Of a stretch of DNA of 35,093 nucleotides, positions 8,687 through 19,600 are shown in pieces. The stretch lies in IMG/VR virus record IMGVR_UViG_3300037483_000719, positions 1 to 35,093 of that record. One strand, 5' to 3'. The stretch is from a virus. Lineage: Duplodnaviria; Caudoviricetes. Position numbers and translations under genes: made by a program. Numbering within the stretch: position 1 is the first letter of the stretch; the number at the start of each line of letters is the position of its first letter. The notes beneath the pieces were generated by a model. The model saw nothing but the letters and a program-made list of their open reading frames with translations. It was not told the origin of the DNA and did not search any database.

Positions 8687-9667
8687 ATGAGTGACTCAGC
8701 TTACCAAAACTTTGCAGCGGAATATTCTGCAATCTTCACGTTATTGTATCAGCAATTGAAGTCGAAGCTCTTTCGCACTGTGACTATCGGCAAGCAGAGC
8801 GGAATTGATTCCTATGAGGATTTCATCGGAGTCTTTGAAGGCCAGGAAAAATCCGGCCAGCATGTGGACACTCCACTCGACAATCCTGCCCACACGAGAC
8901 GTCGGCTGTCTCTGGTCACCTGGCATGACGGTGTCTTACTGGATCGGGAGGATCGCATCAATATGATGAAGGATCCGACCGACGCTTACACCGTCGGTCT
9001 TTCTGCAGGTGCAGGCAGGTGGAATGACCAGAAGATCCTGAGAGCCCTGGGCGGAATCGCTTATACCGGCGTTCAGGGCGGGACATCCGTCAACAACTAC
9101 GCCAGCGGCGAATGCCGGTTGGTCTCTGGTGATGGTGCGTTGGTGACAGCAGGGTCCAACTTCTCTGATACCACTGCCACAAATCTCACTTTGGCCAAGC
9201 TCAAGACCTGTAAGCTCTTATTGGACGAAGCCTCCGTTCCCGAGGAGGATCGTTTCTTTGTGACATCAGCAACCAATTGGGCTGCTTTGGTCTTGGATAC
9301 CACACTTGATGGTAGCGAACGGCAGGCCATTGTGAACATCAACGAAGGTCGAATGACTGGCAAGGTCATGGGGTTTGAGCCCATATCTCTCCCCACGTCT
9401 CTGTTTGTGGTGGACCCCACTGAAACGGATTGCATCAACTCCTATGCGTATCACAGATCTGCGATACGCGAAAACGTGGCCAACGGCGGACCTGTGTCGT
9501 CTGACGGTCTGCCTCAAGACGCTCAGTCTGATGAGAATGGCATGTTCATTCGCGTGGCTGAGAGGCCTGACAAGTCTCACGCCAAACAGATTTACGTCGC
9601 CACGACGAACAGCTTTTCCCGCATGCAAGGCCCGGGCGTTGTAGAGATCAATCTCAAGACTCTGTAA
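8687..9667 (+). CDS. Major capsid protein (BPP-1/epsilon15-like, HK97 fold)
   Basis: 326 aa. 'LYQQLKSKL..TV', 'DTP..NPAHTRRR', 'D..D...M..DPT..Y....A.GR..D..I', 'MGF', C-terminal 'ERPDKSHAKQIY.....RMQ..GVVEI'. Confidence 0.9.
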   Translation: MSDSAYQNFAAEYSAIFTLLYQQLKSKLFRTVTIGKQSGIDSYEDFIGVFEGQEKSGQHVDTPLDNPAHTRRRLSLVTWHDGVLLDREDRINMMKDPTDAYTVGLSAGAGRWNDQKILRALGGIAYTGVQGGTSVNNYASGECRLVSGDGALVTAGSNFSDTTATNLTLAKLKTCKLLLDEASVPEEDRFFVTSATNWAALVLDTTLDGSERQAIVNINEGRMTGKVMGFEPISLPTSLFVVDPTETDCINSYAYHRSAIRENVANGGPVSSDGLPQDAQSDENGMFIRVAERPDKSHAKQIYVATTNSFSRMQGPGVVEINLKTL

Positions 9668-9746
9668 TCAAGCCGTGAGCGTGTTTTCTGGGTGTTTTCT
9701 GGAACAAGTAACACTGAATCTGAAATCTGATTGAAAGGATTATAAT

Positions 9747-10229
9747 ATGGCCGAACAAATCACAACGCCGGTGTGGGATACGATTGACAATCCGGCCGGG
9801 CGTCAACAACTGCCTGCCCCTATGTTCTCGGGTAAGCTTAGAGTCCAGATGCACTACTGGGACGACGATCTTGACAGTGGGGACACGATCCACATTGCCA
9901 AGCTTCCCAAGGGTGCGGTGATTGTAGCCTTTTTTATCGTCCACGAAGCCTTTGGCGCAGCCGTCGTCGCTTCGATTGGCGACTCCGGCGACCCGGATCG
10001 TTACGTGGCAGCCGGGGGCGTGACCACGATGAACGCGGCCGGGACTCAGGTAGTCCAGCCCAGGCAGGGTGACTATACCATCTCCTCGGCCGGCGTGATT
10101 ACGCCTGGCGCTGTGGGTGTAGGGTATCGTATGCCCGCCATTACGGACATCATCATGGTCCTGGGCACTACCAACATGGACGGCTCTGATCATCGAATGG
10201 ACATCGCAACCGTCTACGCGGTGGAATAA
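9747..10229 (+). CDS. Capsid cement/decoration protein (putative)
   Basis: Beta-rich 'GDTIHIAKLPKGAVI....HEAFG...SIGDSGDPDRY', directly after the major capsid gene with an AAAGGA RBS. Confidence 0.65.
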   Translation: MAEQITTPVWDTIDNPAGRQQLPAPMFSGKLRVQMHYWDDDLDSGDTIHIAKLPKGAVIVAFFIVHEAFGAAVVASIGDSGDPDRYVAAGGVTTMNAAGTQVVQPRQGDYTISSAGVITPGAVGVGYRMPAITDIIMVLGTTNMDGSDHRMDIATVYAVE

Positions 10230-10236
10230 GTCGACT

Positions 10237-10301
10237 GAGGCAAAGTAGCCTCACAACCATAATCGTCTCTGCGCCCCATCCGTGCATCTATCGGGTGGGG
10301 C
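10237..10301 (+). terminator. Hairpins after the capsid/cement genes (possible terminator or processing site)
   Basis: GAGGC-aaagta-GCCTC and GCCCCATCCG-tgcatctat-CGGGTGGGGC stems. No clear U-tract follows directly. Confidence 0.35.
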
Positions 10302-10341
10302 CTGGAGGCTTTCTAAAAAGATTATACGAAGGGGCGAATCC

Positions 10342-10863
10342 ATGAAGAAACTCATATTGTTCCTGGCACCATTCCTGGCGATCTGGTGCGGTCTTGTCCT
10401 GGCCTCGGTTTCTGTCGTAACCACATCCGGAAGATCGGCCTCAAGAACCCAGGCAGAGCACGCGGTAGGCCTGTTTGTGCCTGGCCAGTCGGTCCTGAGA
10501 AAGACATCCGTGACCATTGCCGCCGACGTCAATGACGGATCCGCAACCATGGTCGACGCACTGGCGTACGGCTGGCTCGAAAGGATCGTGATTTACGGGA
10601 ATCTGACCGACGAAGTCAATGAAGTGGATACAGCCTATGCCGTAACCATCACGGACTCTGATGGCGTGTCCTTACTGGCTGTGACTGACTGTAATACGCT
10701 ATCTGATCCCCACAGTTATGCGATCTCCATATCTGACGTCGGCAGTACCGAATTTGTGGGCGTGCCGTTCGGTGATGGTCTGATCTTGACCTGGGCGGAC
10801 GCCAATGACGTTAATTTACCCTCATTCACTGTGACTGCCTATTGGCGGGAAAGCTGGCAATGA
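10342..10863 (+). CDS. Beta-rich structural-module protein with N-terminal Sec signal peptide
   Basis: MKK-LILFLAPFLAIWCGL-VLA|SVSV gives n/h/c regions with an AxA-like cleavage site. The mature part is beta-strand rich and the gene sits between capsid cement and tail adaptor. Confidence 0.7.
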   Translation: MKKLILFLAPFLAIWCGLVLASVSVVTTSGRSASRTQAEHAVGLFVPGQSVLRKTSVTIAADVNDGSATMVDALAYGWLERIVIYGNLTDEVNEVDTAYAVTITDSDGVSLLAVTDCNTLSDPHSYAISISDVGSTEFVGVPFGDGLILTWADANDVNLPSFTVTAYWRESWQ

Positions 10864-11438
10864 ACATTTCACACACAGATATCGTGAACATGTCGATCCA
10901 GATGGTCGGTGGTAAATCGATTCACAGCCTGACGGATGAGACCGACAGATCCACCGAAGCCCTGGCCTGTCGTGTGCATTACCCCCTGACTCGCAGGGCC
11001 GTGTTTCGGTCACACCCGTGGAACTGCATTTCCAAGCAGGCCGATCTTGGGGCGACTACCGGCACACCTCTGTGGGGGTATTCGTACATTTACGCCAAGC
11101 CCGCCGACTATATCCGCCTGATCCGGTTCAGTGACCACAGGGCCAAGTGGAGGATCCTTGGTGACAAGATCTATGCGACCTGTTCATATCCCTATATCGA
11201 GTACGTATGGGCGTGCGAAGACTCCACGAAATATGATGAGCTGCTCATTGAGACCATGGTCTGCGCCCTGGCTGTGGCCATTGCTATCCCGGTATCCGGG
11301 CAGCCGGAAAAGGTCCAGTCTTCTCTGGAGAAGTTCAAACAGATCTGGGAACCGATCGCCCGCACGGTGGACGCGATGGAAAACAGTCAGGAAATTATCC
11401 AAACCACGACCTTGATGGATGAACTACTGTACTCATGA
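10860..11438 (+). CDS. Tail adaptor / tail tubular protein A (T7 gp11-like)
   Basis: 'TDIVNMSIQMVG...I.SL.D...EA..C...Y...R..V.RSHPWN', 'WGYSYIYAKPADYIRL'. ATGA overlap with the upstream gene. Confidence 0.85.
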   Translation: MNISHTDIVNMSIQMVGGKSIHSLTDETDRSTEALACRVHYPLTRRAVFRSHPWNCISKQADLGATTGTPLWGYSYIYAKPADYIRLIRFSDHRAKWRILGDKIYATCSYPYIEYVWACEDSTKYDELLIETMVCALAVAIAIPVSGQPEKVQSSLEKFKQIWEPIARTVDAMENSQEIIQTTTLMDELLYS

Positions 11439-11932
11439 TCGACTTACTCCACACACAGAACGCTGACCTGGACTTGACGTCCGAGGTAACGGTGTTGACC
11501 GATACTCCGGATGCGGCCAATGCCACGTTGTGTAGGGCCTGCGTGTATATGGGAGACGGAGTCAAGGATCTGGATGCTTCAGGTGGCTTGTTCACGGTGC
11601 GTATTGTCATGGACAGCCAGTATGGGGAGACCTTGTCTGCCACACTACCGGCCAGTGCCCGGGCGTGGATCGATTGTGGCATGTTTTGTGTGCCGGCGGG
11701 GGTAGAGACCTCCATTAGAATTCAGTCACCCAACGTTGCTGACACGGATGTGGATGTCACGGCATACTTGTATGATATTTCCGTGAACACTGCCCAGGTC
11801 AATACCCAGGCGGATCAGGCCCTGGCTGATTATGATCCACCCACCCATACAGAAATGACGAACGAACTTTCCGGCGTCTCCGCCATTGTCTTGGGCAATA
11901 CCCAGAAAGCCAGAATCGATACAGATCTCTAA
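11435..11932 (+). CDS. Hypothetical beta-rich virion protein
   Basis: 165 aa, overlaps the adaptor stop codon and lies within the tail module. Confidence 0.6.
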   Translation: MIDLLHTQNADLDLTSEVTVLTDTPDAANATLCRACVYMGDGVKDLDASGGLFTVRIVMDSQYGETLSATLPASARAWIDCGMFCVPAGVETSIRIQSPNVADTDVDVTAYLYDISVNTAQVNTQADQALADYDPPTHTEMTNELSGVSAIVLGNTQKARIDTDL

Positions 11933-11933
11933 T

Positions 11934-14501
11934 ATGGCGAATCAACTTGACATCATCAGTTTTCAGGCTGGTCAGATCTCAGAGCTTATGGCGGACTCCG
12001 CCACGGTTGGGACCCTGCCTAATGCCTGCCGTGAATTGGCCAATCTGGTCCCCACGCCCCAAGGCCCAGCGGTGTCTCGCCCACCCGGGGCCTACCTGTC
12101 CAATACCAAGGGTAATGGGGATACTCGCTTCATCAAGTTCGTGTACTCCCAGACCGTGAAGTATGCCCTCGAATTCGGTGATGAGACCCTCCGGTTTTAT
12201 ACTGAGGCCGGGCAGTTGATGGACGGTGGCGATCCTTATGAGATTGCTACTGTGTTCACTGCTGCAGAAATCTGGGATATTCAGGTCAAGGTCTGGGGGC
12301 CTTACGCCTATATCGTGCACCCTGACCACTATCCCCAGAGGCTGACGCGCAACGATGACGCCACCTGGACTATTGCTGCCTATCCGGCTGTGTGGGGCCC
12401 GTTTCTCGACGCCAATGACGTTTCAACCTTGACAATCACACCCTCAGCCACCACGGGCACGATCACACTGACTGCGTCGGCAGCCCTGTTTGACGCAGAC
12501 CACGTGGGCGCCATATTCCAGATCGGCCACCGAAAACCGGAGGCCGCGATTACTGACACATTTGTGGCTGATGGCAATAGCCCAAACCTCAATGTGCCCA
12601 AGGGCGTGCAGTGGCGATACAACACCAGTGGTACCTGGACGGGCACTCTGATTTTGGAAAAATCATATGACGCAGGCACAAGCTGGGAGGCGATCGAAAC
12701 CAAGAGCATCGACGGTGATACGATCCTGACCGGCAACGGGACTGAAGTCTATGGAGCGGCCGTGTACCGTTTCAGACTGACTGGCCTGACCAGTGGCAGT
12801 TTGACCTATACGTTCTCAACTTTCAATTACATCCACTATGGCTATGCCCTGATCACGGTCGTAACAACCAATGTATTGGCCACTGCCACGGTAACCCAGA
12901 CACTGGGCGGTACAGCCGCCTCATACATCTGGTCTGAGGGGGCCTGGTCTGCCCACAGGGGTTATCCTACAGCCGTAGGTGTGGTAGAAGGGCGGCTGAC
13001 CTTCATGGCCTCTGCCTATCTGCCCACAACCATGTGGCTGTCCAGGTCAAATGACTTTGCGGATATGGAAATCGACGTGGACGATCCGTCTGCAGCCCTC
13101 ATATTCACCTTTAACGCAGTCAAGAACGATCCCTTCCTGTGGATCTTGGGTGAGTCCACGTATTATCTGGGCACGGCGGGTAAGATCCTGCGGATCGCGG
13201 CAACGAATCCGAGTGCTGCAATCAGTGCAGACAATCCCCTGGCCATCCAGAAGAGTATCGCGTTTAAGTGTTCTGCCGTGTTTCCTCTAGAGATTGACGG
13301 CACCGTGGTTGTGCTCGACAAGCATGGTAAGAATCCGTGCTATCTGTCGTATTTCTACGAGAACGATATTCTTTTGCCGATCTCGCTGGTCTGGCGGGCG
13401 CCGGGGATCTGTGGCGGCGGTATCGTATCCTGGGATTATCAAGAGACTCCCATCCCAGTGATTTGGGCTGTACGTGCAGATGGCAAGATGCTGAGTTGCA
13501 CATTCAAGCAGATCGGTCAGGAAACGGTTTCAGCCTGGGCCGTACACACCTGGACAGCCGGCTTGGTCAAGGACGTCCTGGTCACGCCTGGCACGAATCA
13601 GGATCGCGTGATTGTCAATATCGAGCGAACAGTGGATGGATCCACAGTCAGGCACGTCGAGCAGCTCGTGGAGCAGGATATTGAAACGATCACGCGTGAA
13701 GACTTCCACATGCTCGATGGCCATATCTCTTTTGCTGGGGAATCTGATGTTGTGGAGGGTATCACGGTGGGGTCAGTGGACCACAAGGTTACGATCGCGG
13801 CTACGGGCCACCCCTTCAGTGACGGCGACCAGGTCAGGTTTAGGGATGTGGGCGGCGCCACGTGGCTCAATAACAATATCTGCACAGTGGCTGATAAGAC
13901 GGCCAACGCATTCATTCTGAAGACGGCCACGGCCTCCAAGTACGTGGATGGCCGTTATATCGATGGGGACTATACCACAGGCGGGACGATCGACCAGGTA
14001 GCCAATGCCTATGCCGGGCTGGATCACTGGAAAGCCGAGACGGTCACGGCTGTGGCTGATGGTATCGTGATCGAGGATCTGACAGTGGCCTCAGGGGGGA
14101 TTACACTGCCTGCCTATTATCATACCGTCCACGTGGGCGTGGCCTACACTGCCAGTCTTGAGCCCCTGCGTCTTGTTCTGCCTTTCCAGGTGGGATCCAG
14201 CAGGGGCCGCAAGCATAAGATCGATGCCATGTACGTGAGCTTTTACCGCACCTGGGAATTTGCGATCGGGGTTCTTAATGAGGCCGGCACTGTCGATTAT
14301 CTCAATGTGGGATTCACGGAGGCAAGCGACTTGACGCCTGATGTACCGGATCTAAAGAGCGGGGATCGTATCGTGACAATCAACTCAGGCTTTGCCCATA
14401 ATCCGCGTGTGTTTGTTCGTCAACTCAAACCCCTCGGGATCATTATCAGAGCCATAGGGATAGACTTCGAAGTGGGTGGAACTGTCAGAAAGGTCAACTA
14501 A
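11934..14501 (+). CDS. Tail nozzle / tail tubular protein B (T7 gp12 / P22 gp10-like)
   Basis: 'SFQAGQISE...NACRELANLVPTPQGPAVSRP', 'YALEFGDETLRFY', 'WSEGAWSAHRGYP..V...EGRL', 'WAVRADG..L....VSAWA.H', 'GLDHW..ETV..VADG'. ATG 11934 preferred as start. Confidence 0.9.
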   Translation: MANQLDIISFQAGQISELMADSATVGTLPNACRELANLVPTPQGPAVSRPPGAYLSNTKGNGDTRFIKFVYSQTVKYALEFGDETLRFYTEAGQLMDGGDPYEIATVFTAAEIWDIQVKVWGPYAYIVHPDHYPQRLTRNDDATWTIAAYPAVWGPFLDANDVSTLTITPSATTGTITLTASAALFDADHVGAIFQIGHRKPEAAITDTFVADGNSPNLNVPKGVQWRYNTSGTWTGTLILEKSYDAGTSWEAIETKSIDGDTILTGNGTEVYGAAVYRFRLTGLTSGSLTYTFSTFNYIHYGYALITVVTTNVLATATVTQTLGGTAASYIWSEGAWSAHRGYPTAVGVVEGRLTFMASAYLPTTMWLSRSNDFADMEIDVDDPSAALIFTFNAVKNDPFLWILGESTYYLGTAGKILRIAATNPSAAISADNPLAIQKSIAFKCSAVFPLEIDGTVVVLDKHGKNPCYLSYFYENDILLPISLVWRAPGICGGGIVSWDYQETPIPVIWAVRADGKMLSCTFKQIGQETVSAWAVHTWTAGLVKDVLVTPGTNQDRVIVNIERTVDGSTVRHVEQLVEQDIETITREDFHMLDGHISFAGESDVVEGITVGSVDHKVTIAATGHPFSDGDQVRFRDVGGATWLNNNICTVADKTANAFILKTATASKYVDGRYIDGDYTTGGTIDQVANAYAGLDHWKAETVTAVADGIVIEDLTVASGGITLPAYYHTVHVGVAYTASLEPLRLVLPFQVGSSRGRKHKIDAMYVSFYRTWEFAIGVLNEAGTVDYLNVGFTEASDLTPDVPDLKSGDRIVTINSGFAHNPRVFVRQLKPLGIIIRAIGIDFEVGGTVRKVN

Positions 14502-14959
14502 TGGCTGGTAAAGGGGCAGTATATTCAGGCATAGGTATGGGGCTCAGTGCTTACGGCACTTACATGGAGGGCATGGCCCTGGTGGATTCATTATTGGATC
14601 AGTCGGAGCTCGCTACCATGACGGCCTCTGATATCGACCTGCAGGCCCAGCATACAAAACAGGCGACCAGTTACAATGACCGATTACTCCGTGTTGCCGG
14701 ACTGGGCATTGAGGGCCAGATTGTGGCAGAGACGGCCAAGGCGGGCCTGGCCACAAGCGGGTCAGCCCTGCACTTTGTCAAGGCCAATGCCCGCAAGGTA
14801 GAGATCGAAGCTGCCATGAACAAAGAACAGGGTATCCTGGCCTATAATCGGTACACCAACGCGGCGCAGATGGCCCGCCAGCAAGCAGAGGATCTGCACA
14901 ACCAGGCTTCCAAGGGCAAGACGGGCACTATCATCAAGACAATAGCGAGCTTCTTCTAA
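14501..14959 (+). CDS. Internal virion (ejection) protein, gp14-like
   Basis: Gly/Ala-rich hydrophobic N-terminus, 'AKAGL..SGSAL' motif, synteny after the nozzle. Confidence 0.7.
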   Translation: MAGKGAVYSGIGMGLSAYGTYMEGMALVDSLLDQSELATMTASDIDLQAQHTKQATSYNDRLLRVAGLGIEGQIVAETAKAGLATSGSALHFVKANARKVEIEAAMNKEQGILAYNRYTNAAQMARQQAEDLHNQASKGKTGTIIKTIASFF

Positions 14960-16647
14960 TGGCAAAATATCCGACATTTCAAAACTCTCCGCAATCAGTC
15001 CAGGGCCCCGGCCCGGGCTTTGGCGGGTCAGTAGTCAGGAAATACGGCCAACAGATGATCGGTCAGGGCCTCCAGGATCTGGGGGAAGGTTTCAAGAGAC
15101 TGGGCAGGGCCAAGACCGCAGAGGGGAAGATTGAGCAGCAGAAAGCTGAGGCGATAAGGCAGCTCAGCGAAAAGACTACCTTGGTAACCAATGCTTCGAA
15201 GCTCTGGTTTGAATATGCCAAGGAACTCCAGAAGAATCCTGACGCCGCATCTTATGAGCCGTCATATAACGAATTTGAGCAGAAAATAAACGAAACATCA
15301 GAGGGTATTGAGGATCCCAAGGTAAAGGCGGAGTATGAAGCCTGGCTGGGTGAATCCACAAACAAATGGCGAGCTGTGGTTGCCACAGAATCTTGGGATC
15401 GTTCCAAGGTAGACTTAAACGACACTCTTAAGTTTGCTCACAGCACTGCCCTTGAACAAGGGGACGCGAGCCTGGTCATTGACCCAGTCAACAAGCTGTT
15501 CGAAATGGGGCTTCTTTCAGAACCCGCCCGGGATCAATACATCGCCGAAACTGAGAAACAGATTCTTAAGAATAATGAAATAGATTATGTGTGGGAAACA
15601 AAGATTCCAAACGAAGGGTATGAAGCAGCCCTTGAATATCTGAATGACCCTGCCAAAATCAAGGCCAGTGTATTAGAGCCCAAAGAGATACTTGCTTTGG
15701 CAGATCAGGTGAAGAGCCAGTATAATCTAGAAAAGGCCCTGACCTCACAGAAACAGGCGGCCGCACTAGCCCAGAACCACGCCAGTATTATTGCTGATGC
15801 CCATCAGGGGAAAATTACTGCCCAGGCAATGAACCAGATCTGGGAGCAGGTCCGGATGGGCCAGGTGGATGCCACCGTGGCCAGCCAGGTTGAGAATATC
15901 ATCACCAAACCTCGCGATGTCAGTGACTATGAATTCTACCACATGGCTCAGAATCTCATCCAGGATGTGGTCAATCACGATGAAACGCCGTCTGACGCCC
16001 TGGTGTGGCTGACTCAGCATGCAGGCGAATTTAAGCAGGCAGAGTATGAAGGTTTCAGGGACGATCTCTATGCCCTGCGAGACAATAATTACAAGGTAGT
16101 CCTGGACAGCCCACAGAATAAAAACTGGGTGGACCCAATCCGCACAGCCATGAAACAGCAACTGAATGACCAGGATCCATTTAGTGCCAAGTGGAATAAA
16201 GTTTATGCGGACATGACTATCACCGAGCAGCGGATGAGATCCTGGGTGATGGCCAACCCGGACGCCACATTTGAGGAGCGGGCTAAATTCTTCCAGGGTG
16301 TGGCCGAGCCACTTGAGAAACCCGGTGCAGTGCGCAATCTTCTCCAGTCGATCGGCCTGATGGGACTCTTGAGTCAGGATTATCTGCGGACCTTACCGAT
16401 CAGTCCGGATGTAACACCCACCAATGAGCAACAGTTTGAGCTGACCCTCCAGAATGTGGAACGGACCCGGGGCAAGGATGCGGCCGTGGAGTATTACAAC
16501 CAACACATAGAGACCTTTGGCGGCAAAAAGGTGGCAACTCCTGACGAGTATGTGCCCAGGACGCAGGATCTTGAGGCGCTGAGAAACAAACGCATCGAGG
16601 CCCAGGCTGAGGCGGATAAGTCCCACGGGGGGAGGACGAAGTATTAA
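14959..16647 (+). CDS. Internal virion (ejection) protein, gp15-like
   Basis: 562-aa helical protein starting 'MAKYPTF...GQGLQDLG', lying between the gp14-like and gp16-like genes. Confidence 0.65.
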   Translation: MAKYPTFQNSPQSVQGPGPGFGGSVVRKYGQQMIGQGLQDLGEGFKRLGRAKTAEGKIEQQKAEAIRQLSEKTTLVTNASKLWFEYAKELQKNPDAASYEPSYNEFEQKINETSEGIEDPKVKAEYEAWLGESTNKWRAVVATESWDRSKVDLNDTLKFAHSTALEQGDASLVIDPVNKLFEMGLLSEPARDQYIAETEKQILKNNEIDYVWETKIPNEGYEAALEYLNDPAKIKASVLEPKEILALADQVKSQYNLEKALTSQKQAAALAQNHASIIADAHQGKITAQAMNQIWEQVRMGQVDATVASQVENIITKPRDVSDYEFYHMAQNLIQDVVNHDETPSDALVWLTQHAGEFKQAEYEGFRDDLYALRDNNYKVVLDSPQNKNWVDPIRTAMKQQLNDQDPFSAKWNKVYADMTITEQRMRSWVMANPDATFEERAKFFQGVAEPLEKPGAVRNLLQSIGLMGLLSQDYLRTLPISPDVTPTNEQQFELTLQNVERTRGKDAAVEYYNQHIETFGGKKVATPDEYVPRTQDLEALRNKRIEAQAEADKSHGGRTKY

Positions 16648-19600
16648 TGGCACAGGAAGCCCCTCCAATCAATCAGCTCAAGATCAATACGAATCTGAGC
16701 CCTGTCTATCAACCGCCTGCAGGTCAACTGGACGCCCTGTTTGACCCGAAACTTGAAGCCAGGACGCCTGTGCACCTTCTCAATGCTTCGTTCTGGTCTG
16801 CATCTCTGGGGATATCGCCTGAGCAGGCTACCACCTATCTGGATACATACAATAAGGCCTTCCTCGGTGAAGACGCCAGCCAGGGCAATGCCTGGACCAG
16901 GATCAAGGACAATTTTGCCAACGGCAAGAAGATGGTGGCCCTGGCGGATCTCGGCAATAAGGCCATGAAGGGCCAGGCCACAGATGACGACTTTGCCGAG
17001 ATCGAGTTTCTCAAGCGTGGCTTACGTCAGGACTGGCGATATGCCCAGCGGGCCTGGTGGGACAAGGCCTTGAGTGATACGGCTGAGCAGATTCCCTTGA
17101 TGGGCACTGCCATGGCAGCGGGTGGCGCTGGTGCGGTGGCTGGTGGTATGCTCTTTGGCGGCGTCACAGCCGTCGCCACGGCGGTGGATATGATTCCTGG
17201 CGATGAAGCAGCGATCGGCCCTGCGTTCTGGGCTGGTGTGAAATTCGGGGGCACATCGGGCACGGCTGTGCGGGCCGGTCAACTTGAAGCTGGCGGTGCG
17301 TATCTCGATCTACTGGATGAGGGCATTGATCCAAAGATTGCAGCGCAGATCGCGGCGCCGATCGGAATCATCAACGGCCTGATCGAGGCTGGCCAGATGA
17401 TGACCCTTATCAGTACCATTCCCGGCCTTAACCAGGTAGGCAAGGGCGTGATGACCCGCGCCCTGCGCAAGACAATCACCAAGATTGTCAAAGACCAGAC
17501 CCTCACTAATCTGGCCAAGCATAGACTGGCCCGATTCGGTGGGTACCTGGCCACGGAAACACTTCAGGAGATTAATCAGGAGACCACAGCCATAATTGGC
17601 GAGGCCCTGGGTAAGGCCATCAACAATGAACTGCGAGGCACTGAACTGCCACAGGCGACCCTGGACCAGATCAAGGATCGGTATATCGAGATCGCCAGTA
17701 AGAGTCTGCGGTCCTTTGCTGTGCTCGGTGCGCCGGGTACGATTGCAGGGGCCGGTATAGACGTAGTGAGAAAAAGGAGCCGAAAACAGGGGTCAGGGGG
17801 TCAGCAGAATGCAGGATCAGGACAGACAGGCCGGCAGGGCGATGAGCAGGGTGTTGTTTCTGGAGCGTTTGGCCAGGGGGCGCAGACGCCAGGGCCGGGG
17901 CAGGACAGTCAGCCAGTCGGACAGTCCGCCGGACCTGTCGTGGATCAACCCGGAGGCACTGCCGAGGTAGGGCTGGGGCAGCCTGTTATCGATCTCCCCA
18001 GTCCTGACGCGGATGGGTGGCTGACGCTCCAGTATGATTCAGAAGAGGACGCCAAGGCGGACGCTGACTGGATAAAGCGGGAGGCGGGCATGGCGGATGA
18101 GGCCGTTGAGGTGGACGTCGATGGGACTTCGCTTCGAGTGAGGGGTGACAGTATTGGGGCCATAACAGAGACCTTAAAGGAATTAGTGCCTCGAAAGAGG
18201 CAGGCGATGAGTAATGTGATGAGCCCTGTGTCTGACCGGGTCAGTGCCATGGAGAGCCAGGTCCGCCTGGCGATCGAGGGCAATAAGGTATACCTGGATG
18301 CCCTGGCTGATCAGCAGATACAGGTGGACGAAGCCTCCACAGTCAATCAGGCGGCTGTGGCCAAGATGAAGGACTCTACCGACCCCCAGGCCGGCCTCTT
18401 GGCGTTGCAGTGGGAGATGGTGCAGGATGGGTACTTCACGGCCAAGGAAATCAATCAGGCCACCAGGGAGATGGTGGCCGAGTATGAAAAGACCGGCCTT
18501 AAACTCGGTGAGCCTCCGGTAACCCTGGATGAGACGCAAGACATTGACTTGGCACAGACAGAAACCCAATCAATCGCATTGCCTGAGATTAAAACCGGGG
18601 CTGAGCTTCAAGCCGTGGCAGAGGTGATAGACGGCCAGACCATATCCAAGGCCGCACGCCAATGGGGTGTCAAGCCCAATCGGCTCACATCCATGATACA
18701 AGGGCTTGACGCTGAGCAAGTCAAGTCACAGGCCCAAAAGCGGGGCTTGAACACTGCCGACTTTTTGAGTCAAGAGAATGCTAAGGCAGGCTTGCCAGGG
18801 AGCAGTGAAGCTGGTACAATTGAGTCAGATCCATTCAATGACCCTGATTCAGAAGAAAGCATCGCGTATGAGACACGAGAAGCCTATCAAGAGGCCTTCC
18901 AGGCAGTTGAGAAAGCGATACAAAGAGTCTCTGAAACGGAACAACCCACTGAGCCCGGACTGGAACGGGCTGCTGGTCGAGGGCCGTCCCTGTTGCGAGA
19001 ACGGCTTGAGCCAGGGACATCTGGAGTACTCGGTGACTGGAGACGGCACCGTCGTATTGATTACACCGGACGCGTAGTTTTCGGGCCGCAGGCAGTGGCC
19101 GAACTGTTTGCAGTATATCGTCACCCCCGCATTGAGCAATTCCATATCATCTACGTGGACGATCAAGGGCAGATCCTCGGTCACAACATGATGAGTTCCG
19201 GCTTGTCCACGGTGAGCCAGGCCGTGGAGGCCAAGAACTGGACCAGGGTGAGTTACCTCATTACGCACCGCATGAAACGCCTCGGGGCTACTGGATATTA
19301 TCTGGTTCACAACCATCCGTCAGGGAACTTTACACCCTCAGAACAAGACTTGCAGGTCACGACAAGCTACAACAAGGCGGCCCCCGGGCTGATCGGGCAT
19401 ATCGTCCTGGACGATACGGAGTTTTCCGTTATCAAGCCTCTCAGCGATACGCGAGGGACGGTGAACGTGCTTAAATACGGCACGCCACAAAAGAGGCTGT
19501 CACCCTCCACGGCAGGTAAGATTGTGCCTGATTCAAATGAGGAAAACATTGCCTTCCTTGCCCATCCGGAAACCAATAGAGACACCGATGTACTGCTATT

